A stretch of 56,240 nt of DNA from Bacteroidales bacterium (GTDB taxonomy: Bacteria; Bacteroidota; Bacteroidia; Bacteroidales; B18-G4), in the NCBI GenBank assembly GCA_029942245.1, contig JAOZTN010000002.1:19255-75494 (forward strand), in the 5' to 3' direction. Positions 1 through 8,027 of this stretch are shown here, piece by piece (positions within the stretch are counted from its first letter, which is position 1; each line of letters starts with the position of its first letter). The position numbers and the translations under genes are program-made. The notes beneath the pieces were generated by a model. The model saw only the letters and a program-made list of their open reading frames with translations, did not search any database and had not been told where the DNA came from.

Positions 1-625
1 CGCTCGGGACATGCATTGGGTATTGGATATAGGGTGTCCGGGATAACAATACGACCTTGTTTGAAGCAAGTGTGTTGAGTGTAGCTATTTTATTGGGGGA
101 GGCAGCTTCTATTTTTTCAATGCTGATATTTTCCCTGCCGGGAGAACTGATCTTCAGTTCTTCTGCTTTGCGGAAACTCATATCAATCAACTTCTGCTTG
201 GAAGAAATAAGCTCAGTTGAGATGCTTTCCAGCCTGGAAAGATTGTTCAGCTGTCGGAGGGGTGTAACATCAGGGCTGAAGATGAGCCAGATGCCAGCGC
301 TAAATAACAATAGTATGGCTGCAGCAGCGGCGTATCTCGCAGCCAGTGGAATGATGGCAACACGCTTTTTCAGGGATGCATGATGAGGATAAGTGATACC
401 GTTATCGGGCTGAAGCTTTGTTTTGGTGTAAAGAACGCTTAGTTCAAAGCCCTCTTTGTCCATCGCAGCATCACCTTCGATGATGGCAATGGCCTTTTCA
501 TCCTCCAGGGGGATGCCGGTCTCCTCAGATCTCTTAAGGGATGACTTATTCTCAAACCGGATGTCAAGATCAGGTTTAAAGATCATCTCATCAAATCCTT
601 CGTCCTTATGTTTGTTCTTATCCAT
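1..625 (-). CDS. Hypothetical single-pass membrane protein, probable anti-sigma factor (partial, runs off the left edge)
   Basis: It is absent from the ORF track because it has no stop inside the window. Reading the minus strand from the ATG (complement of 623-625), I find no stop down to position 2 (208 codons, MDKNKHKDEGFDEMIFKPDL...). The ATG directly abuts the TAA (626-628) of the ECF sigma gene. There is one hydrophobic helix (VAIIPLAARYAAAAAILLLFSAGIWLIF). This is the usual sigma/anti-sigma layout, but no conserved anti-sigma motif was recognised. Confidence 0.6.
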   Translation of the reverse strand, partial: MDKNKHKDEGFDEMIFKPDLDIRFENKSSLKRSEETGIPLEDEKAIAIIEGDAAMDKEGFELSVLYTKTKLQPDNGITYPHHASLKKRVAIIPLAARYAAAAAILLLFSAGIWLIFSPDVTPLRQLNNLSRLESISTELISSKQKLIDMSFRKAEELKISSPGRENISIEKIEAASPNKIATLNTLASNKVVLLSRTPYIQYPMHVPS

Positions 626-1111
626 TTATATTACATGCTCAGGGCTTACGATATAATTTTTCAAAAATACCCTTGCCCTGTAGATATATACTTTTACCTG
701 TGACTCGTTCAGGCCCGTGATCTCTCCAATCTCCTGGTATGAATACCCTTCGTAATCGCGGAGCAGGATCACCGAACGCTGCACTTCATTCAGTTTCTTC
801 AGTGCCTCATCCAGCACTTCCCTGAGGTCAGAATAATCATGGAAGGTAGTATTGCCTGCTTCAGGCATATCTTCCAGATTGTTCGTGTGCTTGTTTCTCC
901 TGATCAGGTCGATCATGGTATGATATGCTGTGGTAAATAAGTATGACTTGGCCTTATCCGCAGCCAGCTTTTTATGATTTACCCATAGCTTCTCAAAGGC
1001 ATCCTGCACCACATCCTGCGCACCATGCTCATCCTTCAGGTTTTTCAGGATAAACCTGAACACACCATCAGCATGCTGATCCACACAATTATTATATTCA
1101 CGGGTAGTCAT
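626..1111 (-). CDS. ECF-type RNA polymerase sigma-70 family factor
   Basis: 161 aa. Region 2-like DVVQDAFEKLW...YLFTTAYHTMIDLIRR and a region 4 HTH SYQEIGEITGLNESQVKVYIYRAR. Confidence 0.9.
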   Translation of the reverse strand: MTTREYNNCVDQHADGVFRFILKNLKDEHGAQDVVQDAFEKLWVNHKKLAADKAKSYLFTTAYHTMIDLIRRNKHTNNLEDMPEAGNTTFHDYSDLREVLDEALKKLNEVQRSVILLRDYEGYSYQEIGEITGLNESQVKVYIYRARVFLKNYIVSPEHVI

Positions 1112-1182
1112 TGATCCAATAAGCCTAATATCCTGATTTAATGATATGACGGATTACTATGGATAAAGTTACACAAAAAAAA

Positions 1183-1215
1183 GTGTTGGGTGTTGGATGT
1201 TGAGTGTTGGATTGG
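1183..1215. repeat. Heptanucleotide tandem array (GTGTTGG GTGTTGG ATGTTGA GTGTTGG ATTGG), 14 nt downstream of the lepA stop
   Basis: Direct reading shows 4.7 units in strict 7-nt phase, preceded by an A8 run (1174-1182). Its reverse complement shares the 12-mer CAACACTCAACA with the array at 40235-40273. Confidence 0.85.
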
Positions 1216-1228
1216 TTTTCGATGAAAG

Positions 1229-3016
1229 CTAATCAAGTTTCAAAACAGCAAGAAAAGCCTGCTGTGGCACTTCAACGTTCCCTACCTGACGCATGCGCTT
1301 CTTGCCCTTTTTCTGCTTTTCGAGGAGCTTGCGCTTACGAGTGATGTCCCCGCCATAACATTTGGCTGTAACATCTTTTCTTAAGGCCTTCACGGTTTCA
1401 CGGGCGATGATCTTGGCGCCGATGCCTGCCTGTATGGCAATATCGAATTGTTGCCTTGGAATCAGCTCTTTCAGCTTTACGCAAATGCGCCTGCCGAAAT
1501 CATAGGCATTATCGCGATGGATCAAGGTAGAAAGGGCATCAACGGGTTCACCATTGAGCAGGATGTCGAGTTTGACCAGGTTGGCAGGCCTGTATTCCGA
1601 CTGATGATAGTCGAAGGAGGCATATCCTTTGGAAATGCTTTTCAGCTTGTCATAGAAGTCGAAGACGATCTCGCCCAGTGGCATCTCAAAGGTTACCTCT
1701 ACACGGTCGCTGGTGAGGTATACCTGGTTTTTCAGGGCTCCCCTTTTATCGATACATAATTTCATCACCGATCCCACATACTCCGTCTTGGAAATGACCT
1801 GGGCAATGATGTATGGTTCTTCTATATGGTCGATATATATCTGGTCCGGGAGGCCGGAAGGGTTATGCACTTCAATGACCTCTCCCTTATTCGATACTAC
1901 TTTATAGGAAACGTTCGGTACGGTGGTGATCACGTTCATGTCGAACTCACGATCGAGCCTTTCCTGTATGATTTCCATATGCAATAGCCCGAGGAACCCA
2001 CAGCGGAATCCAAATCCTAGTGCCGCAGATGATTCAGGCTCAAAAGTGAGGGAAGCATCATTCAGTTGCAGCTTCTCGATGGAAGCCCTCAATTCTTCAT
2101 AGTCATCGGCATCCACAGGGTAAATACCGGCGAAAACCATGGGTTTTACTTCTTCAAAGCCGTCAATGGCTATATCGCTGGGGTTTTCGATATGTGTTAT
2201 CGTATCACCTACTTTTACTTCCTTGGATGATTTGATCCCAGAAATAATGTATCCCACATCGCCTGCAGAAAGTTGCTTCCTGGCTTCAGGTTTCAGTTTT
2301 AATACTCCGACTTCATCTGCATTATATTCTTTATGGGTGCTAATGAATTTTACATCATCACCTTTGATTATAGTACCATTCAGGATCCTGATGTAAGCAA
2401 TGATGCCGCGGTAGGAGTTGAATACGGAATCAAAGATTAAGGCTTGAAGGGGTGCATCAGGATCACCCTTTGGCGCAGGGACTTTTTCGATGATGTCCTC
2501 CAGTATCCTGTCTACGCCATAGCCCGTCTTTCCGCTGGCTTCAATGATACTGTCTCTGTCGCATCCGATTAAATCCACGATCTGGTCTTTCACATCCTCA
2601 GGCATTGCCGCTTCCAGGTCCATCTTGTTCAAAACCGGGATGATCTCCAGGTCGTTATCGATGGCCAGGTAGAGGTTGGAAATCGTCTGGGCCTGTATGC
2701 CCTGTGAGGCATCCACGATTAGCAAGGCACCTTCACAGGCTGCCAGTGATCGGGAAACTTCATAGGAAAAGTCGACATGCCCCGGTGTATCGATGAGGTT
2801 CAGGATGTATTGTTTTCCATCCTGTACATGCTCCATTTGTATCGCATGGCTCTTGATAGTGATGCCACGCTCACGCTCAATATCCATATCATCCAGTACC
2901 TGCTCCTGCAGGTCGCGCTCAGAGATCGTTTCGGTGATCTCCAGCAGCCTGTCGGCCAGGGTACTCTTACCATGATCGATATGGGCGATGATACAGAAAT
3001 TGCGGATGTTATCCAT
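1229..3016 (-). CDS. lepA: Translation elongation factor 4 (LepA)
   Basis: 595 aa. Contains [20 protein letters not shown] (G1), DTPGHVDF (G3) and NKMDL (G4), plus the typical LepA C-terminal domain and length. Confidence 0.97.
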   Translation of the reverse strand: MDNIRNFCIIAHIDHGKSTLADRLLEITETISERDLQEQVLDDMDIERERGITIKSHAIQMEHVQDGKQYILNLIDTPGHVDFSYEVSRSLAACEGALLIVDASQGIQAQTISNLYLAIDNDLEIIPVLNKMDLEAAMPEDVKDQIVDLIGCDRDSIIEASGKTGYGVDRILEDIIEKVPAPKGDPDAPLQALIFDSVFNSYRGIIAYIRILNGTIIKGDDVKFISTHKEYNADEVGVLKLKPEARKQLSAGDVGYIISGIKSSKEVKVGDTITHIENPSDIAIDGFEEVKPMVFAGIYPVDADDYEELRASIEKLQLNDASLTFEPESSAALGFGFRCGFLGLLHMEIIQERLDREFDMNVITTVPNVSYKVVSNKGEVIEVHNPSGLPDQIYIDHIEEPYIIAQVISKTEYVGSVMKLCIDKRGALKNQVYLTSDRVEVTFEMPLGEIVFDFYDKLKSISKGYASFDYHQSEYRPANLVKLDILLNGEPVDALSTLIHRDNAYDFGRRICVKLKELIPRQQFDIAIQAGIGAKIIARETVKALRKDVTAKCYGGDITRKRKLLEKQKKGKKRMRQVGNVEVPQQAFLAVLKLD

Positions 3017-3125
3017 AGGGGTGCAAAAGTACTATTTATTCTTGAAAGATAAATGATTAAATGGAGCTTATGGGCTATTTGAGAATTAACATTATAAATA
3101 ATATCAATCAAATAAATAATAATGC

Positions 3126-3133
3126 TAATTTTG
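3126..3133 (+). promoter_or_regulatory. Candidate Bacteroidota -7 promoter box TAATTTTG (TAnnTTTG) for the GAPDH pair
   Basis: Exact match to the TAnnTTTG consensus, 112 nt upstream of the ATG at 3245. It would give a roughly 100-nt leader containing two stem-loops. Confidence 0.4.
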
Positions 3134-3137
3134 GCGT

Positions 3138-3215
3138 CCTTTTATGAACAATAGTGAATTTAATCCGTTAGCATAAAAGGGATTAGACGAAGAAGGCCTG
3201 AACAATAGTGTCAGG
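3138..3215 (+). promoter_or_regulatory. Two stem-loops that each present the exact 12-mer TGAACAATAGTG, in the leader of the GAPDH pair
   Basis: Hairpin 1 pairs CCTTTTATG (3138-3146) with CATAAAAGG (3172-3180). Hairpin 2 pairs CCTGA (3197-3201) with TCAGG (3211-3215). TGAACAATAGTG occurs at 3145-3156 and 3199-3210, 54 nt apart, each time at the 5' stem/loop boundary. Confidence 0.45.
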
Positions 3216-3244
3216 TGAATTATTAACAGACAAATATTACAATT

Positions 3245-4267
3245 ATGGACAAGATTCGAGTTGGAATTATGGGATTCGGAGAGGTTGGCCGCCATATCTA
3301 CAGGCTGTGCCTCAATGATGACCGTATTGAGATCGTAGCCATCGCCGACCTTGGCCGTCCCGATATCCTGGAGTATCTGCTGAAAGTAGAGACCAAGGGA
3401 GATATCGACGTGAAACTGGAAGGGAACTTCCTGGTTTCGTCAAACGGACGTGCAAGGATGATTCAGGGCAAGAGCCTGATACCTGGTGATATACTCTGGG
3501 ATATCCTGGGTGTAGATGTTGCGATCGATGGAACAGGTATATACAAATCAAGGGCAGAACTGACACCGCACCTGCAGGCAGGTGCCAAAAGGCTTGTGTT
3601 AACGACACTGCCAACAGACGAAATAGATCGGATAGCCATCATGGGTTTGAACGAAAACACCATGGAAGCAAGTGATAAGATCGTTTCAGCAGGTTCTGCA
3701 ACGACCAATGCCACTGCGCTCATCCTGAAAGTACTTGAGGAAGCATTTGGTGTTGATTATGCCATGCTGACCACCGTGCACTCCTATACTTCTGACCAGC
3801 CTTTACGCGATAAGGCCAGCACAGATTTCAGGAGAAGCCGTTCAGCTGCAGAGAATATTATTCCCAATGAAACACCCAGCCCGCGCTGGATCCAGCATGT
3901 GATGCCGGAATTCAAAGGACGCATAGAAGGCTCTGCACTCAACGTGCCGGTTCCTAATGGATCGCTGCTCGACCTCACCCTTGTTCTGAAAAAAGGAGGA
4001 ACAACCAAAGAGGAGATCAATGAAGCAGTGGCCAAATGGGCCGAAAAGAATCCGCATATTGCAAGGGTGGTGACGGATCCCATCGTGTCAACTGATGTTA
4101 TCGGCGACACCCGCTCGGTGAATTTCGATACTCAGGCAACCATGATGTCTCCGGGCAGGATGGTAAAGATACTGACCTGGTACCACACTGCACTCGCAAC
4201 AGCGAGCAGAATCATAGATGTGATCGTAGCTTATGATGAATTAGACAAGAAAGGAGGCTCACAATGA
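3245..4267 (+). CDS. GAPDH-family paralogue lacking the catalytic cysteine (probable pseudoenzyme or divergent function)
   Basis: 340 aa, alignable along its full length with the adjacent gap gene: GFGEVGR NAD loop, LTTVHSYTSDQ, DFRRSRSAAENIIP. The active-site block reads SAGSATTNATAL instead of SNASCTTNCLAP; Ala152 is codon GCA at 3698-3700. Confidence 0.8.
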   Translation: MDKIRVGIMGFGEVGRHIYRLCLNDDRIEIVAIADLGRPDILEYLLKVETKGDIDVKLEGNFLVSSNGRARMIQGKSLIPGDILWDILGVDVAIDGTGIYKSRAELTPHLQAGAKRLVLTTLPTDEIDRIAIMGLNENTMEASDKIVSAGSATTNATALILKVLEEAFGVDYAMLTTVHSYTSDQPLRDKASTDFRRSRSAAENIIPNETPSPRWIQHVMPEFKGRIEGSALNVPVPNGSLLDLTLVLKKGGTTKEEINEAVAKWAEKNPHIARVVTDPIVSTDVIGDTRSVNFDTQATMMSPGRMVKILTWYHTALATASRIIDVIVAYDELDKKGGSQ

Positions 4268-5271
4268 GAGTAGCAATAAACGGATTTGGAAGGATAGGAC
4301 GCTCAGTGTTTCGTATTCTCAATGCGAGGGAAGATATCGATGTGATCGCTATCAACGACCTCTTTGATGATGAAGTGCTGGCATACCTGCTGAAATATGA
4401 TACTGTAATGTCGGGCTTTGGACAGGACATCACCCTGGAAGGTGATTACCTGATCACTCCTTATGAAAAAGTGAAAATGCTTGCCATCAGGGATCCGAAA
4501 GAACTTCCATGGAAAGAATTGAATATTGATGTTGTTGTTGAAGCAACAGGGATCTTCCGAACAAGGGAAAGTCTCGTGTCTCACCTCGAAGCCGGCGCGA
4601 AGAGGGTCATTCTCACCGTTCCTTCGAAAGATGAGATCGACTGCACTGTTGTACTTGGTGTAAATGATGATGAACTCAAACCTGAGCATAAGATCATATC
4701 TAACGCTAGCTGTACTACAAATTGCCTGGCGCCGATGGCCAAGGTCCTCAACGATTCCTTTGGTATCAAAGAGGGTCTCATGACAACCACCCATGCGTAT
4801 ACCAACGATCAGCGACTGGCTGATGTACCGCATAAAGACTGGCGTCGTGGACGTGCTGCCGCTGAAAATATCATCCCAACCACTACCGGTGCTGCCGTAG
4901 CTGTTGGCAAGGTGATCCCCGAACTTAAGGGCAAACTCGACGGTATGGCCTCAAGGGTACCCGTACCCGACGGATCAGTGGTCGACCTGGTGGTTGAGGT
5001 GGAAAAAGACGTAACGCTTGATGATATTAACGCCGCTGTCAGGATTGCTTCCAAAACCAAGAAGATGGAAAATATCCTTCTCTATTCAGAAGACCAGGTT
5101 GTGTCATCCGACATCGTGGGGAACTCATATAGCTCCATCTACGATCCTGAATATACCAAGGTGCTCGGAAAACGCATCGTTCGTACATTGAACTGGTATG
5201 ATAATGAATGGGGATACTCCAACAGAGTTGTTGACCTTATTACCATGTTAATGGCATTCGAAGAAAAGTAA
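4264..5271 (+). CDS. gap: Type I glyceraldehyde-3-phosphate dehydrogenase
   Basis: 335 aa. Contains INGFGRIGR, SNASCTTNCLAP (catalytic Cys), TTTHAYTNDQ and WYDNEWGYSNR. Its start overlaps the upstream stop as ATGA (4264-4267). Confidence 0.95.
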   Translation: MRVAINGFGRIGRSVFRILNAREDIDVIAINDLFDDEVLAYLLKYDTVMSGFGQDITLEGDYLITPYEKVKMLAIRDPKELPWKELNIDVVVEATGIFRTRESLVSHLEAGAKRVILTVPSKDEIDCTVVLGVNDDELKPEHKIISNASCTTNCLAPMAKVLNDSFGIKEGLMTTTHAYTNDQRLADVPHKDWRRGRAAAENIIPTTTGAAVAVGKVIPELKGKLDGMASRVPVPDGSVVDLVVEVEKDVTLDDINAAVRIASKTKKMENILLYSEDQVVSSDIVGNSYSSIYDPEYTKVLGKRIVRTLNWYDNEWGYSNRVVDLITMLMAFEEK

Positions 5272-5277
5272 TTCTGA

Positions 5278-7899
5278 TTATCTTAAAATAGTAACACTAC
5301 CCTGGAGGGTCCTTTGAACAAGGCCATTCAGGGTTTTTTCATGCACTTCACACACGTAGAAGTAAGTGCCATCGGGGCATTCTTTGTTGGTTTTAAAGTT
5401 ACGACCATCCCAGTTGATCATAATGTCATCAGAAGATTCAAACACCAGGCGACCCCAGCGGTTAAAGATCATGATCTCTACACTTTCAACCCCACCTATG
5501 GTTTCCGGGAAAGGAGTGAAGTAATCATTGTGCTGATCCCCATTAGGTGTAAACACATTGGGCAATTCATAGCTTGAACAGCCCGGTGTGCATTCGATAT
5601 TGCTAAACGCACTCTGGTTGCCAATAGAATCCAGTGCCGTAACAGCATAACAACCCAGGGTAACGCCTTCATGAGTATAATAAAGTGTATGGTCAAAACT
5701 CTGCATCACTGAATCGATGAGCGAGAGGTCAGAGCTTTCATCAGGACTGTAGTAAATATAATATTGTTCAATGTCCTTGTCGCAGCTGTCAATGTATGCG
5801 GTATTATTCCATTCCAACAGATTATGATACAACTGACAGTCCATTTCGACCACTAATTCCGGTGTGCATGGTGGCACATTATCTACCGGCACACCGCATA
5901 TCAGTTGTGAGTAGTTGATAATAGGATCAACCAGGCCAGTGCTGCCATAGCCCCCTGTGCTTTCAATGTAGTAGCAGTATTCTACTCCGTTTACCAGGTT
6001 GGAATCAACATAATGGGGAAGGGGAGTAGTGGCGAGCGGGAGATATTCGCTTGCTCCGGGATCACGTCTGAAAATGGTATAATATTCATTGGTCCAGGGC
6101 ACATCAAGGTCCCAGCTGAGCTCCAGGCGGTTGTCGGTTTCATAAATATTCAGGAAGATAGTGGTGGCCTCCTGCGTAGATCCGATATATCCAGAGGTTA
6201 AACTCAGTAAATCGAGTTTATAGTTATATGGAAGACTGATGGCATTCAGATCAATATCCTGGTCCACAAACATAGTATCGTTCAGACCCGGAAAGCTTTG
6301 CACGAATTCGAAATTTTGCCCTTCGAGTCCTTCGGCACGGTGCAATTCATAGTAGTATGGACCAGGGATTTGTATGGTATCCAGTTCGGTGGGCTTCGAC
6401 CAGGCGATCCTGCCGTAACCATTGTTGAGATCCGCGCTGTCATTTCCGGCATTAGTAATGATGGGTAAGTCTTTTTTCAGGCTTGCACAAACCTCTTCTG
6501 AAGCATAGCTCTCTGCTCCATCCACAAATTTGGCTACCACCATATAGCAATAGTCCAATCCGTTGATCAGTCCGCTTCCGCCTCCATCATCAATATATAT
6601 AGTGTCGTTTACGCTTGCCGTTTCATGGATCAGTACATATCCTGTGTATTCCGGCACCCCTGTTTCGCAATGCCCGGGGAAATATCCAAAGTACCCAACC
6701 CTTCTGTAAATTTCATATTTAGATGCTTTGGCGCAGGGACTTTTGTTCCAGCCCAGGTGGATGCTGCTGCCAATTCCTTCGGCAGTAAGGCCTTTGGGTG
6801 CAGGACCTATGACGGTAATAGCTATAGTATGCAAGTCGACAAGGTTCACCGGTTGCCCGTCATCGGTGGCTTTAAAATAGGTGTAGTAGGGCTGTTTCTG
6901 CACATGGTTGCATACTGTGGGCCAGGTAAAGGTGGTCCTTACACTGTCCATTCCAACGGCTGGATCGGGATAGATCCAGGCGGGATTATGTGTGAGCACG
7001 AACGGGCCGCCGGTGCCTGTTAACTCCACCATATTTGAGTCGGGATCGGTAGCAACTACATCGAAGATCAGGGTATCGCCTGCTTCCACACAGGTGTCGC
7101 TGATGGCATGTATCACCGGCGGATGCTGCCCGGTACAGCCAATAATGTTGATCTGCATATCACGGGTCACGCTTCCTATCTTAATGCCATTTCGATATTC
7201 TTCTATCAGTATGGCAATGTTGAACTCACCCTGAATGGGTGGTACTACCCAGAGCAAATCCCCGGTGACCGGGTGGATGCCAATGCTGTCGGTGGAGATG
7301 GGAAGAACGTAACCGGGAATGGGCAGCCCTTCCGCCCCGCGGCAGGTGATCAGGCTATACACCAGGCTGTCGCCATCGATATCAAAGGCTCCGGGATTAT
7401 GGATATAAATCTGGTTTGCACAGCCATTATCGATCGGAGGATTCAACAAAACAGGGGAGTTGTTTATCCCCATCAAGGGGTTGATGGTCAGGATAGTCTC
7501 CAGGTAAAGGGGCACATTTACGGAGTTAGGGATATTCATCACCCCAAAGTTCCGGTTCGGGTCTTCCAATGAGATCTTATAGGTGCCCGGTGATGAATAG
7601 GTGTGCCGGTTTGTCAGGGATCCCACTTCCGGCTTATAGGCGTATACGTTACGACTGATGTCATTGCCGAGATTGGTTTTTTCGGTTCGGATCAACTCAC
7701 TGCTGGTACCATCACCCCAGGATATCTCGAGGAAGGGGCGGTCGGCAGGAGCCGTTGTACGTGTGTACGTGATCACGGTGATCTCATAGGTCAGCCCTGA
7801 GACATATGTATACGTGATCTCGCCCGCACGCTGATGGGTAGCCAGCGCAGATGACAGACAGCTAAGCATGATGATAAAGAAGAAAAGGCTCTTTTTCAT
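5278..7899 (-). CDS. Secreted protein with a T9SS type-B (gliding-motility-associated) C-terminal domain
   Basis: 873 aa. Signal peptide MKKSLFFFIIMLSCLSSALA followed by the THQRAGEITYTY motif. The C-terminus carries LPNVFTPNGDQHNDYF...IFNRWGRLVFES...WDGRN...GTYFYVCEV, which is the type-B CTD signature. Confidence 0.85.
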   Translation of the reverse strand: MKKSLFFFIIMLSCLSSALATHQRAGEITYTYVSGLTYEITVITYTRTTAPADRPFLEISWGDGTSSELIRTEKTNLGNDISRNVYAYKPEVGSLTNRHTYSSPGTYKISLEDPNRNFGVMNIPNSVNVPLYLETILTINPLMGINNSPVLLNPPIDNGCANQIYIHNPGAFDIDGDSLVYSLITCRGAEGLPIPGYVLPISTDSIGIHPVTGDLLWVVPPIQGEFNIAILIEEYRNGIKIGSVTRDMQINIIGCTGQHPPVIHAISDTCVEAGDTLIFDVVATDPDSNMVELTGTGGPFVLTHNPAWIYPDPAVGMDSVRTTFTWPTVCNHVQKQPYYTYFKATDDGQPVNLVDLHTIAITVIGPAPKGLTAEGIGSSIHLGWNKSPCAKASKYEIYRRVGYFGYFPGHCETGVPEYTGYVLIHETASVNDTIYIDDGGGSGLINGLDYCYMVVAKFVDGAESYASEEVCASLKKDLPIITNAGNDSADLNNGYGRIAWSKPTELDTIQIPGPYYYELHRAEGLEGQNFEFVQSFPGLNDTMFVDQDIDLNAISLPYNYKLDLLSLTSGYIGSTQEATTIFLNIYETDNRLELSWDLDVPWTNEYYTIFRRDPGASEYLPLATTPLPHYVDSNLVNGVEYCYYIESTGGYGSTGLVDPIINYSQLICGVPVDNVPPCTPELVVEMDCQLYHNLLEWNNTAYIDSCDKDIEQYYIYYSPDESSDLSLIDSVMQSFDHTLYYTHEGVTLGCYAVTALDSIGNQSAFSNIECTPGCSSYELPNVFTPNGDQHNDYFTPFPETIGGVESVEIMIFNRWGRLVFESSDDIMINWDGRNFKTNKECPDGTYFYVCEVHEKTLNGLVQRTLQGSVTILR

Positions 7900-7990
7900 G
7901 AAAGATCACTTATCGTTCAGACCATCTCAAAATTAAGAATAATCCTTTGAATAATGGCCTATGGACATGAAACATTATGATTATTTGATG

Positions 7991-7998
7991 TAACTTTG
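7991..7998 (+). promoter_or_regulatory. Candidate -7 box TAACTTTG upstream of relA/spoT
   Basis: TAnnTTTG match, 30 nt upstream of the ATG at 8028. Confidence 0.45.
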
Positions 7999-8027
7999 TT
8001 TACTTATTCAGTATTGGAGTAGCTGGC

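Noticed and set aside
57-656. Plus-strand ORFs 57-383 and 456-656 at the left edge.
   Set aside because: They are antisense to a longer uninterrupted minus-strand frame (1-625) that is start/stop-coupled to the ECF sigma gene. Their products are low-complexity.
5272-5277. Only 6 bp separate the convergent stops of gap and the type-B T9SS cargo gene, with no terminator between them.
   Set aside because: There is nothing to analyse in 6 bp. Overlapping 3' UTRs are likely, but no specific element is visible.
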